From Promethearchaeota archaeon (GTDB lineage: Archaea; Asgardarchaeota; Heimdallarchaeia; Hodarchaeales; Hodarchaeaceae): 64,000 nt of DNA. Both the position numbers and the translations under genes were made by a program. The stretch lies in the NCBI GenBank assembly GCA_048938105.1, contig JBHLMN010000024.1, positions 22,413 to 86,412 on the forward strand. The letters run 5' to 3'. Every line of letters starts with the position of its first letter. The first letter of the stretch is position 1. Shown here piece by piece: positions 42,047 through 52,603 of this stretch. Under the pieces are notes generated by a model, which was not told where the DNA came from, ran no database searches, and saw only the letters and a list, made by a program, of their open reading frames with translations.

Positions 42047-43558
42047 TTATACCATAGATTCTTCCCAAATCTCTCCAGGGTTTAAACTTCGACTTCTTCC
42101 CATATTTGAAATAATGTCTTCTCTGTTATAGTATTTTTGAAATAAAGACCAATAAAAATATTCCTCTTTAGAAAGAAATGTTTTTGAAGCAGTAGAGAGC
42201 ATCTTATCGCTAATATGAGTATCAGTAAAATCTTCTAATATTTGCCCGACTCCAGTTCCAATTGAGAATTTTTCTTTCTCTCGCCAAACAATATTATATG
42301 GTAGATAACGCATTGCAACTTTACGGAGTATCCATTTATTATTTTGATTGATCTTTAACTTAGGATTTATATTGAATGCATATTTGACTAATTTTTCATC
42401 GAGAAAAGGAACACGACATTCTATGCCATGAGCCATTGTCATTCGATCAGCCCGCTGTAAATTGCTTCGATATAGGTCTTTAGTAATTCTATAAAGTTCG
42501 TATGAAAGTTCTTTATCATTATCTTGAAATAATTCTAAATAGTGATAACCTGCAAATAGCTCATCGGCACCCTCTCCAGATAAAACTACTTTAACATACT
42601 TAGAAGCTAATTCTGAGACAAAAAATGTTGGAATAGCACTTCGAATAAGTGCAGGATCACAAGATTCAAGAAAATAGATAATTTCTTCTAATGAGCTAAG
42701 AATTTCCTCTTTAGTAAGTAAACGTTCATGATGTGTTGTACCCAAATATTCAGCGACTTGCCGTGCATTTATGATATCAGGAGAACCAGGGAATCCAACA
42801 GAAAATGAATGTACTTCATCATTTATATAAAGATTAACAAGAGCTGATACTAAACTAGAATCCAAACCTCCGCTAAGAAATACTCCTAGTGGAACATCAG
42901 ACATTAACCGCTTTTTAACCGCTTCATTAAGTAAATTATCAATATCAGAACATGCTTGATTCATCTCTCTAATCCGATCAATAGGTTTTGGTAAATTATA
43001 GTACTTTTCAGGAGAATTTGAATAAAACATATAGGAACCTGGAGGTAATTCTTTAACTTTTACTACATAGTCCATAATTCCTTTTATTTCAGAGCTAAAA
43101 TAAAAACTATTTTTAGAATCACTACCATAATATAAAGGTTTTATCCCTATAGGGTCACGTGCAAGAAATAATCCAAAATCCTTATTCCAAATAACAAAAG
43201 CAAACATACCATCAAGTTTTGTAACACAGTTTTTCCCTTCATCTTCAAATAGGTGAAGGATGACTTCTGCATCACTATCTGTCTTAAAAGTATGGTCTTT
43301 TTCTAGTTTCTTGCGAAGTTTTCGATAATTATATATTTCTCCATTTTGTACTAATAGCAAATTATTTTTTTCATTAGATATTGGTTGTGTTCCTCCATCT
43401 AAATCGATAATTGATAGCCTTACATGCCCTAGAGCAATATCATACAGATATGAATAATGAAGTACTCTTCCATCAGGGCCTCTATGCTGCTGTAAATCTA
43501 AAATATTTACAATTGAATTATTTTCTTTATTTCCTAATATACCTGCTATTCCACACAT
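42047..43558 (-). CDS. asnB: Asparagine synthase (glutamine-hydrolysing)
   Basis: MCGI, HRGPD, RLSIID, NGEIYN, LSGGLDSS, SGEGADELFAGY, RVPFLD. Confidence 0.93.
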   Translation of the reverse strand: MCGIAGILGNKENNSIVNILDLQQHRGPDGRVLHYSYLYDIALGHVRLSIIDLDGGTQPISNEKNNLLLVQNGEIYNYRKLRKKLEKDHTFKTDSDAEVILHLFEDEGKNCVTKLDGMFAFVIWNKDFGLFLARDPIGIKPLYYGSDSKNSFYFSSEIKGIMDYVVKVKELPPGSYMFYSNSPEKYYNLPKPIDRIREMNQACSDIDNLLNEAVKKRLMSDVPLGVFLSGGLDSSLVSALVNLYINDEVHSFSVGFPGSPDIINARQVAEYLGTTHHERLLTKEEILSSLEEIIYFLESCDPALIRSAIPTFFVSELASKYVKVVLSGEGADELFAGYHYLELFQDNDKELSYELYRITKDLYRSNLQRADRMTMAHGIECRVPFLDEKLVKYAFNINPKLKINQNNKWILRKVAMRYLPYNIVWREKEKFSIGTGVGQILEDFTDTHISDKMLSTASKTFLSKEEYFYWSLFQKYYNREDIISNMGRSRSLNPGEIWEESMV

Positions 43559-43697
43559 AAAAATTGTACCTCTGGATACTAAGTTATCGGGATTTCACTG
43601 TGGTATCAACAATTCATAAAAACTATTAACATAGCACGAAGAACTGATAAAAAATAGCCAGTAAAAATGAATGATCTCCATTATTATAAATCTTAGA

Positions 43698-44201
43698 TTA
43701 ATAACGCCATCTGTCTTTATTTTGGATGCGTGGATTGCGGTAAGAGGGTTCAAAATAGTCGTTACGATTACTAGTGCGTCGTCTTCGTCGACGTGGATCC
43801 TCGTGATATTCATCTGAACGGTTATTGTCAAGATTGAGTTCTTCAAACTCTACATCGTCAATATTAGTAAGTTCTCCTGATCTACCCTTTGTTATGCGAA
43901 GGCGGTTGTTAAAAAGATTCATAAACCCATTTTCTAATTTATACCTCTGGCCTACTTCAGTTGTATCAATGTCGTCTTGCCAAAGGGTTAAAATGATCTG
44001 AGCAGTATCATCAGCTACTTTAAAATCGCAAACATGATGTGTTTCACCAGAATATTGTTTATAAATGTCTCTTATTTCGCCTTTTTCAACTACTTCAAAT
44101 ACAACTGTGATATTTTCCTCAAGTGGTTGTAGATCTTCAATTTTTTTTATTTCTTCCTCAGATTTTAATTCAGAATCGGCATAAATATTCATTTTTTTCA
44201 C
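43698..44201 (-). CDS. Single-stranded DNA-binding OB-fold protein with Arg-rich tail
   Basis: VADDTAQIILTLW, LENGF, GRSG; PRRRRR tail. Confidence 0.85.
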   Translation of the reverse strand: MKKMNIYADSELKSEEEIKKIEDLQPLEENITVVFEVVEKGEIRDIYKQYSGETHHVCDFKVADDTAQIILTLWQDDIDTTEVGQRYKLENGFMNLFNNRLRITKGRSGELTNIDDVEFEELNLDNNRSDEYHEDPRRRRRRTSNRNDYFEPSYRNPRIQNKDRWRY

Positions 44202-44801
44202 ATTTCTTGCTCAATTAGCCCAATAGATCAGATCTAAATCATTTCATTAAAGCTAATTCTGTATATTCTTGTTAGAAGACGATATTATCGATCCAAAAAA
44301 TAAAAAATTTTTTCATCAAAAATCCAGTCTTCTGTTAATAAACGCTGAGGCTAATCATTTTTATAAACCTTATGGTAATTTAAGTTTTCACTTTAAGAAT
44401 CGTTTTTTAAAAAATTTTCAATAATTTTTATACTCTTTAATCAAAGTTTAACAAAAATGATAAGATAATCATATATGATATCCAGATAATATTATCACAT
44501 CCCTTATATAATACCAAAAATCAGTGATTCTTACTTTAATCTCCAACAGATGAGGAAACTATCGTTTTAGGCGTGAAGTTAGACCTAAGAGGTTCGAATA
44601 TCATGAATGTGCAACTAATATTATCGATATTTCCTTAAGTAATCCTCCAGAAATCAATACCACGCAATATTCAAGTATAAAAATAATCAAAAGATCTGAT
44701 ATCAGCCTTTTTAAATAACAACGGCCGCCTAAAATGCTTAGATTCAAGTAAATAATCAGATATTTTGTTTAAATATATTAAAAGGAGAAAAGGTGAAAAA
44801 T

Positions 44802-45005
44802 ATGCCAGAATTTGCATCTGCAAGAATAGAACGAGTAATTCGTGCAGCCGGAGCTAAAAGAGTCTCTACTGGTGCGATTGATTTACTTAATGAAATTATC
44901 ACTGATAAAGGATTTGATATTGCCAAATACGCTGTAGAGATCGCTAGACACTCCGGACGAAAGACTGTTAAGGAATCTGACATAACGTTAGCTGCTTCTA
45001 AGTAG
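44802..45005 (+). CDS. Archaeal histone
   Basis: ERVIRAAGAKRVS, ARHSGRKTVKESDI. Confidence 0.95.
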   Translation: MPEFASARIERVIRAAGAKRVSTGAIDLLNEIITDKGFDIAKYAVEIARHSGRKTVKESDITLAASK

Positions 45006-45103
45006 GAAACAGTTATTTTAGTTATATCAGTCTTCCCTCCCTCTTTTTTCAGAAAAATAAACTAAATAATAAATGAAACTTTGGCTGGGGTAATATTTTT
45101 GTT

Positions 45104-46288
45104 TTATAGTCTACATTCGCGCCATAGATATTCAATAATAGTGTCTAAATGAAAGCTCAACAAAATCACATACTTATCTCCGGCTCCACAATATAAAAGC
45201 ACTTTATTATTTTTTATAATTAAACCTGTCGGGAAAACAACAGTAGGAATATCTACTGGATATATTTCATTACCATATAATTCCCAAGGTTTGGAAGGGA
45301 TATAAATTGGGTCTTTTGTACGGCAAAGCACTTTAGTAGGATTATCTAAGTCAAGAAGAGCAGCACAGATTGAATAGCTTCTATTTATCTTAGGATGCAG
45401 ACCATAAATACGAGCAATAGAGGGAGAAATCTCTCCTACAGCATGGTAAATCAACAACCATCCTTTTTCTGTCCGAATAGGAGGTGGTCCTGGACCAATT
45501 TTCTCTTTTTCATGGAGATAATGTCCTACTTCAAGTAGCGTTGTTTGCTTCCGATGTTGATACATCTTATTCCATAATGGTCTATATTTGAAGGGTTGAA
45601 GTAATTGGTCCATTCCTGCTTTCATGATATCAATATGTATGTTTTTTCCGAAACGTAATAGGATGTAATTTTCACCAGAAATGATTTCAGGAAATATTAC
45701 AGCATTTCGCATGTCAATATCTTCAATGATACCATGATAATTAATGTGTACAAAGTCCTGTGTTGAATATATAGCAATTCGATCACCTTTACTCCCAAAA
45801 TAGCCTTGAAAAGGGGGAGAAACTTTTCCACATCCGATTAGAAAATAACGTTCGTTGGTTTTAATGATCCTCGTATCTTCGATTCCATGAAAAAAATCAT
45901 TGTGATAGGTACCATCACCTTTGATTAAGGTATTGTGATGTCTTTCAAAATTAATTCCATCCTCACTAATAAGGATCCAAATCTTAGAAATATAATTCCT
46001 AAATCCAATTCTCTCTATTTGGAGCGTTTCATCGAAAAATTGCCCTCTTTGATATTCCGCATGAACTCTCGGACTTAATATGATTTTTTCATTATACATG
46101 GTTGCTCCTGAATTGAAAATTGATCCAATAAGGTACTGCCCATCTTCATACCAAGTTAATCCCATATTCGTTGGGCTAATAATTGGATTGTTTTCATAAG
46201 AATGCACTTTGAATATTCTAGTATTATCTTCGATTTCTACAATAGTTCCATCAGACAGATAACTGAGGGTCTTCTTTAAAGTTGACAT
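45104..46288 (-). CDS. GH130-like beta-propeller glycosidase/phosphorylase
   Basis: NPIISP, FNSGA, GIED.R, KIGPGPPPIRTEKGWLLIYH, VVFPTG, YCGAGD. Confidence 0.85.
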   Translation of the reverse strand: MSTLKKTLSYLSDGTIVEIEDNTRIFKVHSYENNPIISPTNMGLTWYEDGQYLIGSIFNSGATMYNEKIILSPRVHAEYQRGQFFDETLQIERIGFRNYISKIWILISEDGINFERHHNTLIKGDGTYHNDFFHGIEDTRIIKTNERYFLIGCGKVSPPFQGYFGSKGDRIAIYSTQDFVHINYHGIIEDIDMRNAVIFPEIISGENYILLRFGKNIHIDIMKAGMDQLLQPFKYRPLWNKMYQHRKQTTLLEVGHYLHEKEKIGPGPPPIRTEKGWLLIYHAVGEISPSIARIYGLHPKINRSYSICAALLDLDNPTKVLCRTKDPIYIPSKPWELYGNEIYPVDIPTVVFPTGLIIKNNKVLLYCGAGDKYVILLSFHLDTIIEYLWRECRL

Positions 46289-46570
46289 ACAAGGATTCCT
46301 CCAGATTTATCTATTTTACGGCCAGATTATTTTATTGGTATTTCACAGTTAGTTAGATATAGAAATAGAGAGATAGTCTACAAATATTCAAGAGAATAAT
46401 ATAATATTTTGGATGGGAAGGATTCAGAAAAGCCGTATAAAACTCAAATAAAAAACTCGTTCTTTCTTACACACATTGATGTTTAAATGATTTAGTTAAT
46501 CGGAATCTAGACAAAATTAGTTGTTTCATGCAAAGGAGTTTAAGATAGAAAAAAATGATCATTTAATAAT

Positions 46571-47536
46571 CTAAAATTGAACTAAAAACACAATGCGAGG
46601 AGCCGTTAGAAAAGAAAGTCTATACAGTCCCAAATGGATCATTAATTTCGCAATTTTGGAATAAATTTTATCTCCAAGAGTACCATGTTGAAAAATATTG
46701 AAATACTTCATGATCTCTCTTTTTCTAGAGCTTGTAGTTACTCCTATTGGATCATTATTAGGAAAAGGAGGAGTTGCATGATCAACTAACTTTCCATCGT
46801 ACTCAAGCGTGTTAGTCAATAATAATGTTGCTTTTTTTGCCTTTGCTTCACGTAATAAACGTAGATAAGTAAGAGCACTACAGTGATAATGAAGATGAAA
46901 TTTAGGAAGTTTTTGTGAAAAGCCTTTTTTAATAAGCATCTTTTCAGCGATTTTATGTGGGTATAACCAGAATAACGCTACCGAGGGAAGATATGGATGA
47001 GTATTTCGCCAATATAAGGAGTTTTCGATTGAAAATATGAACCTACCACTAGGACGTATGCACCTACGAACTTCTTTGAATAGATTAACCTTTTGTCTAT
47101 TTGATAAGTAATAAATGGAATTGATCATTAACACTATATCAATTGAATTTGAAGTAAAAGGAAGGGGGTCCTTCCCAAGATTTAATTGAGCCTCGTGAGT
47201 TTCTACATCTATTAATACCGAATTTAATTTTCGAGCCAACTCTAATTGCCGAGGATTAATATCAATGCAGTAAAATTTAGACGCATCCATTAAATGTACG
47301 AGTTTACGTCCAAAAAACGCTCCTCCGCAAGCTAAATCTAAAATAGTATCTAATGGTTCGATTATAGATAGGTAATTATATAATTCCATTTTAATGAATC
47401 GTTCTGCGATTTTTTCCCTTGCAATCCAATATTCATTAGTATAAAAATGTAAAGGATGCTGTTGATAAACATCAAAATGTTGTTGATGATCAAATAATTG
47501 TTGAAATTGTGCATCATAATTCTTAACATGTACCAA
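46571..47536 (-). CDS. Class I SAM-dependent methyltransferase
   Basis: ILDLACGGA, IDIN, LPF, IRPSG. Confidence 0.85.
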   Translation of the reverse strand: MVHVKNYDAQFQQLFDHQQHFDVYQQHPLHFYTNEYWIAREKIAERFIKMELYNYLSIIEPLDTILDLACGGAFFGRKLVHLMDASKFYCIDINPRQLELARKLNSVLIDVETHEAQLNLGKDPLPFTSNSIDIVLMINSIYYLSNRQKVNLFKEVRRCIRPSGRFIFSIENSLYWRNTHPYLPSVALFWLYPHKIAEKMLIKKGFSQKLPKFHLHYHCSALTYLRLLREAKAKKATLLLTNTLEYDGKLVDHATPPFPNNDPIGVTTSSRKREIMKYFNIFQHGTLGDKIYSKIAKLMIHLGLYRLSFLTAPRIVFLVQF

Positions 47537-47945
47537 TCATAATCTCCACCTATAATTTCAATTTATCCCTTTTCCAGTAGAAGGAAATTATATGTCAATA
47601 AGATAGTAGATATGTCGCGGAATAGGGAGGTTTAGGATGCACCTGACTTTTGAATAGAATAAGAAATAATCCATTTCTAGCTGGTGCTAAAATATAATGT
47701 GTAATCTGCCATATTATATAATCTATTGAAATCACAAATTATAATGTATATAATATACAATGGGCATATATTATAAGAGTTTCGCATGATAATTAGTTTG
47801 AGATATTTTATATTTATAAATAGCTAAAAAAGGAAAAGATAATAGATTTTCATATATGAAATTAACCAGATATTGGTGATAATCGTTAGAAGCGGGTTAA
47901 TTTAAACAAATAAGATTAAAAATTCGATTAAAGAGTTAGATATAT

Positions 47946-49031
47946 TTGAAAGTTGTAATAATTACAGAAGCATTCGGAGGAATAGCAACATATTCTGAAT
48001 TTCTTTTACAGGAACTTAATGTAATTGAAGGGATAGAAACTAGAGAAATCTGGCTTTTATACCCAGAAAACTATCAAGAAAAGGATATAATAAAATTTGT
48101 TCCCAAAAACAGAACAATTTTAAATGTTCCTTGCTCAAATTGTTTTAAAGACCTATTAATAACAACTATCAGACAGGATCCAAGCGAGATCATTCATTTT
48201 CAGTATGATCTAAGTATATTTCCATCACAAAATCATTTTTTGGAACTATTAACGGAAATACAGAGACAAACAAGCAAAAAGGTTATCATTACTCTTCATT
48301 CAATATATACTGATCCACCCTTCCTTAAAATGCTTAATGATTGTCAAATGATTAGCAATGCATTTATAGTCCATCAAAAAAATGCTAAAAACTTCCTTAT
48401 ATCTAAAGGAATGGATCCTAGCAAGATAACTATTATACCGCATGGTTCTCCTATAATAAGACCTAATTCCTCTAAAATACATTTCTTTAAAACAAATCTG
48501 TTTAAAGTAGCAATGATGGGATTTATAAAGAGAACTAAGGCTTTTAAAGAAACAATTTCCTCATTAATCACCAAAGACGATCTCGAAATTATTGTAGCAG
48601 GAATGGTCAAAGAATTTGAAGTAATACGTCAAATCGAACAATTGAAGCAGAAAGCTAAGGCGACTTTGACCCTAATCCCTCGTTTTTTAACTGATCGAGA
48701 ATTCATGTCTATAATGGAAGAAGCTAATTGTATAATCCTTCCATATGAACAGGACTATTTCTCTTCTTCAGGAATTTTACATTTTGCTGCTGGTATGAAA
48801 AAAATCGTATTAGTATCTCCTTCTCCAAAATTCAAAGAAATAACTAAAAGAATACCATTTTGCAATGTAAAGAATGGCAACTACTTAGAACGTATTGAAA
48901 TATTGCAGAATTCATCAGAAACAGTGAATCAAGTGAAAAAAGAGATGGCATCATTCGCTAGAGATACATCTTGGTCAATCAGTGCAAAAAAGACCTTTCA
49001 CTTATATCAAAATGTTTTGAGGAACCAATAA
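47946..49031 (+). CDS. GT4-family glycosyltransferase
   Basis: GGIATYS, ITLHS, IIPHG, ILPY..SSSG. Confidence 0.85.
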   Translation: MKVVIITEAFGGIATYSEFLLQELNVIEGIETREIWLLYPENYQEKDIIKFVPKNRTILNVPCSNCFKDLLITTIRQDPSEIIHFQYDLSIFPSQNHFLELLTEIQRQTSKKVIITLHSIYTDPPFLKMLNDCQMISNAFIVHQKNAKNFLISKGMDPSKITIIPHGSPIIRPNSSKIHFFKTNLFKVAMMGFIKRTKAFKETISSLITKDDLEIIVAGMVKEFEVIRQIEQLKQKAKATLTLIPRFLTDREFMSIMEEANCIILPYEQDYFSSSGILHFAAGMKKIVLVSPSPKFKEITKRIPFCNVKNGNYLERIEILQNSSETVNQVKKEMASFARDTSWSISAKKTFHLYQNVLRNQ

Positions 49032-49169
49032 CCCTCATTAAATGAGATATGTTGATTAACTAATATTTTAGAGATAAATAAACATATTCTTAGAACACTT
49101 TTAAATCACCCAATAAGATCTAAGAATTTTTCGAGAGATTAGATATGAATTAGAAAAGAAATGTGAACC

Positions 49170-49477
49170 ATGGATTCTTTCGATGTTATGATGGTACCAT
49201 TAATAAAAAGATAGACCAACAAGATCTCCCTGGTTTAGTGAAGTTAATGACTGATGACCACATATTCATAGATAACTCTGGAAGTGTAGATAAAAATATG
49301 GAAGAGGGGTGAAGACAGTTCTTTGCACATTATCCAGACTACAGAAACATATTCACCCCGGTAACTGTCACCGACAATGTTACTGTTCTAATTAGTTATT
49401 CTACCTGCTCTAATACTAAAATACGTGATAGACGTGTCTCTGAATGGAGAGTCTACTGGTTGGATCTGAGGGACTGA
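49170..49477 (+). pseudogene. SnoaL/NTF2-like pseudogene (not in ORF track)
   Basis: DQQDLPGLVKLMTDDHIFID..G*RQFFAHYPDYRNIF..VSEWRVY; internal TGA and a 5' frameshift. Confidence 0.65.
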
Positions 49478-49662
49478 AAAATTGCTTGAATATTGTTGTC
49501 AATACCTTAGTATGAATACGAAGAAGATTTTTATTGGTAACGATCTTTTATAACGTATAATTCAAACTAAAGGCACGTTTACAAAAGCTCAAGGTCTCAT
49601 ATCTTCAGTATTCTGAATGTTTTTATAATGGGAATCCCCCTAATTACCAACATGTGTAATCA

Positions 49663-50358
49663 ATGATATTGAGTTCAATCATAGGATTAACTCTCTGGCG
49701 GGACGATAATCCTTTTCGTCAGGTGTATAAGAAACAAAAGATAGCTATTTTCCTTCAGATTGCCGTCGTCATTGCTATACTGTCGTTCTTATCGAGTTTT
49801 TACTTTATAGCTGATCTATTTAGTAGCTTGTCTTTAACACTAATAATAGTGATCTGTCCTTTTGGCCTAGTATTATTTAGGAAAAGAGAAAAAAGATCAG
49901 TTGATTTTATTATTCTAGCGACTAGTCTGATCATAATATTATTCATTTTGCAGGCCTTTGGGTACTTCTTAATGGAGCCATTGTCTTTTAGAACTCAATG
50001 TACAGTCTTTGCTCCCTTATCCTATCCATTAATGGTTAGTCATCAAGAAACCATCGTTTCCGTCCCAAATCCTGAAAATATGTTTCATTATCATTCTTCC
50101 TATGTAATTGGAATAATTCTCCCGATATTTGGAATCCCAATTTCTTCCGATTATTTTTATTTAAGTTTCAACAATATTGAATACAACGAAAGAATATGGG
50201 AAAACTTAAGGTTACAGTACCAATTATTCATTTTTACGATATTTTTCCTTCTGAATTATGTCATAACAATTATTACGCTGAAATTTTGGGCAAAACAAGA
50301 GAATCAAATGAAAATAGCCGATCCATTGTCAGAAAATACAAAAAGTAAAGGTATTTAA
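49663..50358 (+). CDS. Hypothetical membrane protein
   Basis: About five hydrophobic segments. Confidence 0.6.
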   Translation: MILSSIIGLTLWRDDNPFRQVYKKQKIAIFLQIAVVIAILSFLSSFYFIADLFSSLSLTLIIVICPFGLVLFRKREKRSVDFIILATSLIIILFILQAFGYFLMEPLSFRTQCTVFAPLSYPLMVSHQETIVSVPNPENMFHYHSSYVIGIILPIFGIPISSDYFYLSFNNIEYNERIWENLRLQYQLFIFTIFFLLNYVITIITLKFWAKQENQMKIADPLSENTKSKGI

Positions 50359-50518
50359 TTGTTCTTAAGGTGGCGTTAGTTGTCTATCTGACTTAAAATC
50401 AAAGAAAAAAAGAGGGGTTGACTGTATTATTCTTTCAATTTAACAATGAAATCATTTCCTTCCTCTGAAACTAGAAGTTTTTCTTCCAAGATTTCTAAAG
50501 CATATTTTAGTTTTTTAA

Positions 50519-51061
50519 CTTCATACTTTTTCTTCCAATCTAGGTTCTTTTCGACATAAAGCTAAATTACTTGAACAAAAACTGGCAATTTTAAAACGTG
50601 AGTATAAATATTCTATTTGGGTACTATTTGAGTCCGAACGAGTGATATCACGAAGATTTTCTCAATCATTAAAGCGATTTATGCCCTCTGCTGATCAAAT
50701 TGTGACATCAATAATCTCACTATTAGAGATTCTAAGGGTCAATATTCCAAAGTACTCCAAAATCACTATTCATAAGTCTAATGTTCCAGTTTCAAATGAA
50801 TATTTTTCTACAAAAAATGGATTTATTCCACTGAATTCAAGCAATGTTACTGAAAATAACACTTTCCTCCAAAATTACGGTCACAACAATATTTTAAAGT
50901 ATTTAAATTCATTTTCTAGTTGTCATAATAATGGATATTTTATTCAGGAGAAATTAATGGATAGGAAAAAATATTCGAATGATGTGAATTTAAAATTTTT
51001 TGGGAGAAATGAAAAAATAAAGACAAATCCAGCCTTTCTCATGGAGGGATTATTTGAATGA
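50519..51061 (+). pseudogene. Probable 5'-truncated/degenerate hypothetical ORF preceding the RAMP operon
   Basis: Frame open upstream of the GTG at 50642; stop overlaps the next ATG (ATGA). Confidence 0.3.
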
Positions 51062-51763
51062 CTTTAGATGATTTAAATTCTGATTACTTTGAATGTTCTT
51101 TTCTCTTGACTCATTGGGTTCGTGGAACAGATATTATGGTTGAAATTATTAACCAAATCGAACGTCGAGTAGCCACTCTTCACCAGATATTTCGTTTGAA
51201 AAATGATCATCTGATTATTCCTAAACCATCACTGAGTTCTCCAGAAATTTTCACTTTTTGGGCACATGAATCCATTATTGATGAGGTTCTTCACCTTCCT
51301 GGTATTCGAGGCGGTTTTAGAGTAAATTGTCAAACTACACCATTACCTGATTCTTCCACATATAAGGGGAAAAAAACAATCTCCTCGACCTCGTAGAATC
51401 TTATTAGATATAGGAAGTGACACTAAAAAGATAATTCAGCAAATAAATCAATTAGGATTAGAAGTAGAACTCTTGTGGACTCATGTAGCTGATCTTCTAC
51501 ATTATGAGATTGTAGAGCTTTGTACATCCCAATATATTGATCTGATAGTAACAAAAAATCCACGAATATTGATGCCCCCAGAGGAATGGTTAGAACTTCT
51601 GATTCCTCACCGTACAAGGATCATTGTTATTCCTGAAGAAAAATTAGAATCACCAAAAGAATTAGCAAAAATGATCTATAAGTTTGCTCATTCTAAACGC
51701 AAGTTTAAGACCCAAAAACATCAATATCATTCCTTTCTAAATTCTAACTTGGAGGAGACTTGA
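51058..51763 (+). pseudogene. Two-domain protein with C-terminal PIN-like (Mut7-C/DUF5615-type) domain, frameshifted in an A7 run at 51370-51376
   Basis: Removing one A joins 51058..51396 to RRILLDIGSDTKKIIQQINQLGLEVELLWTHVADLLHYEIVELC...LIVTKN. Confidence 0.6.
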
Positions 51764-52603
51764 TTGAAGGCAAGAAAATTTGATAATCCATCTAGAATTC
51801 TAAAAGTTTTCTGTTATACTCCAATTAATAAACCACTCAATGGCCCTGTTTCAGGAGGGAAAGCTTCTCATTTATTACGCCTCCATCCAATTTCATATTC
51901 TTATCAAGGTAAAAAAAAGGAAAAGATAAAACAATCTGATACTTATTTTATAAAAGGTCTTCGAGGAGCTCTTAGACATCAAATAATGCAGGTTTGTAGA
52001 GAATATGATCTAGAAGTATGTCATACAAGTGATAAAAAAGCTGATAAACATAAAAATAGTCTTCTACCTGAGGGATTTCATCTATTGGGTTCGTGTGAGT
52101 TAAATGGGGATTGTATAATACACCAAATTTTCGGTTCAAAGGGAAATGAGGGCTTAATTTCAGTCTATGCAGATCCTATAACCTCAATTTCCCTTAAGAC
52201 TGCAAATCCTTTAGAAAAAGTTCAAAACGTACATATTGCTACTGAAAACCGGAATGTTCGTGCTTTCAATGGAAAATCACTCCAAAATTTTGCTGAACGT
52301 TATTTTTCAGGGAATTTTACATTTGAAATTGAAGTTTCAAAGTGTAATAAGGTTCAATTAGGAGCAATTATTGACGCTGTTATGAAATTACACAAATTAG
52401 GACGAGGTTTCAATAGTGGATATGGAAGAATACACATTAAACGTTTTCAATTGTTGAAACGCTATACAAAAATATTCCCGGAATGGAAAGAAGATAGTTT
52501 CATTGTAAAAGAAGAAATCGAGGAGAAATTCATTAAACAAGACGTACTTAAAGCCCTTCAAGCTTGGTTTGATTATGTTGAAGAGAGGGTTTCACCCAAA
52601 TGA
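51764..52603 (+). CDS. Cas7-like RAMP protein
   Basis: KGLRGALRH, C..H..C..C Zn-like cluster, IFGS, Gly-rich loop LGRGFNSGYG; GGAGG SD upstream. Confidence 0.8.
   Translation: MKARKFDNPSRILKVFCYTPINKPLNGPVSGGKASHLLRLHPISYSYQGKKKEKIKQSDTYFIKGLRGALRHQIMQVCREYDLEVCHTSDKKADKHKNSLLPEGFHLLGSCELNGDCIIHQIFGSKGNEGLISVYADPITSISLKTANPLEKVQNVHIATENRNVRAFNGKSLQNFAERYFSGNFTFEIEVSKCNKVQLGAIIDAVMKLHKLGRGFNSGYGRIHIKRFQLLKRYTKIFPEWKEDSFIVKEEIEEKFIKQDVLKALQAWFDYVEERVSPK

Noticed and set aside
50427-50615. Tyrosine recombinase remnant (IYTHV on the - strand)
   Set aside because: Only a 5-residue match between stop codons, with no HxxR or LGH motifs; it overlaps a + strand frame.
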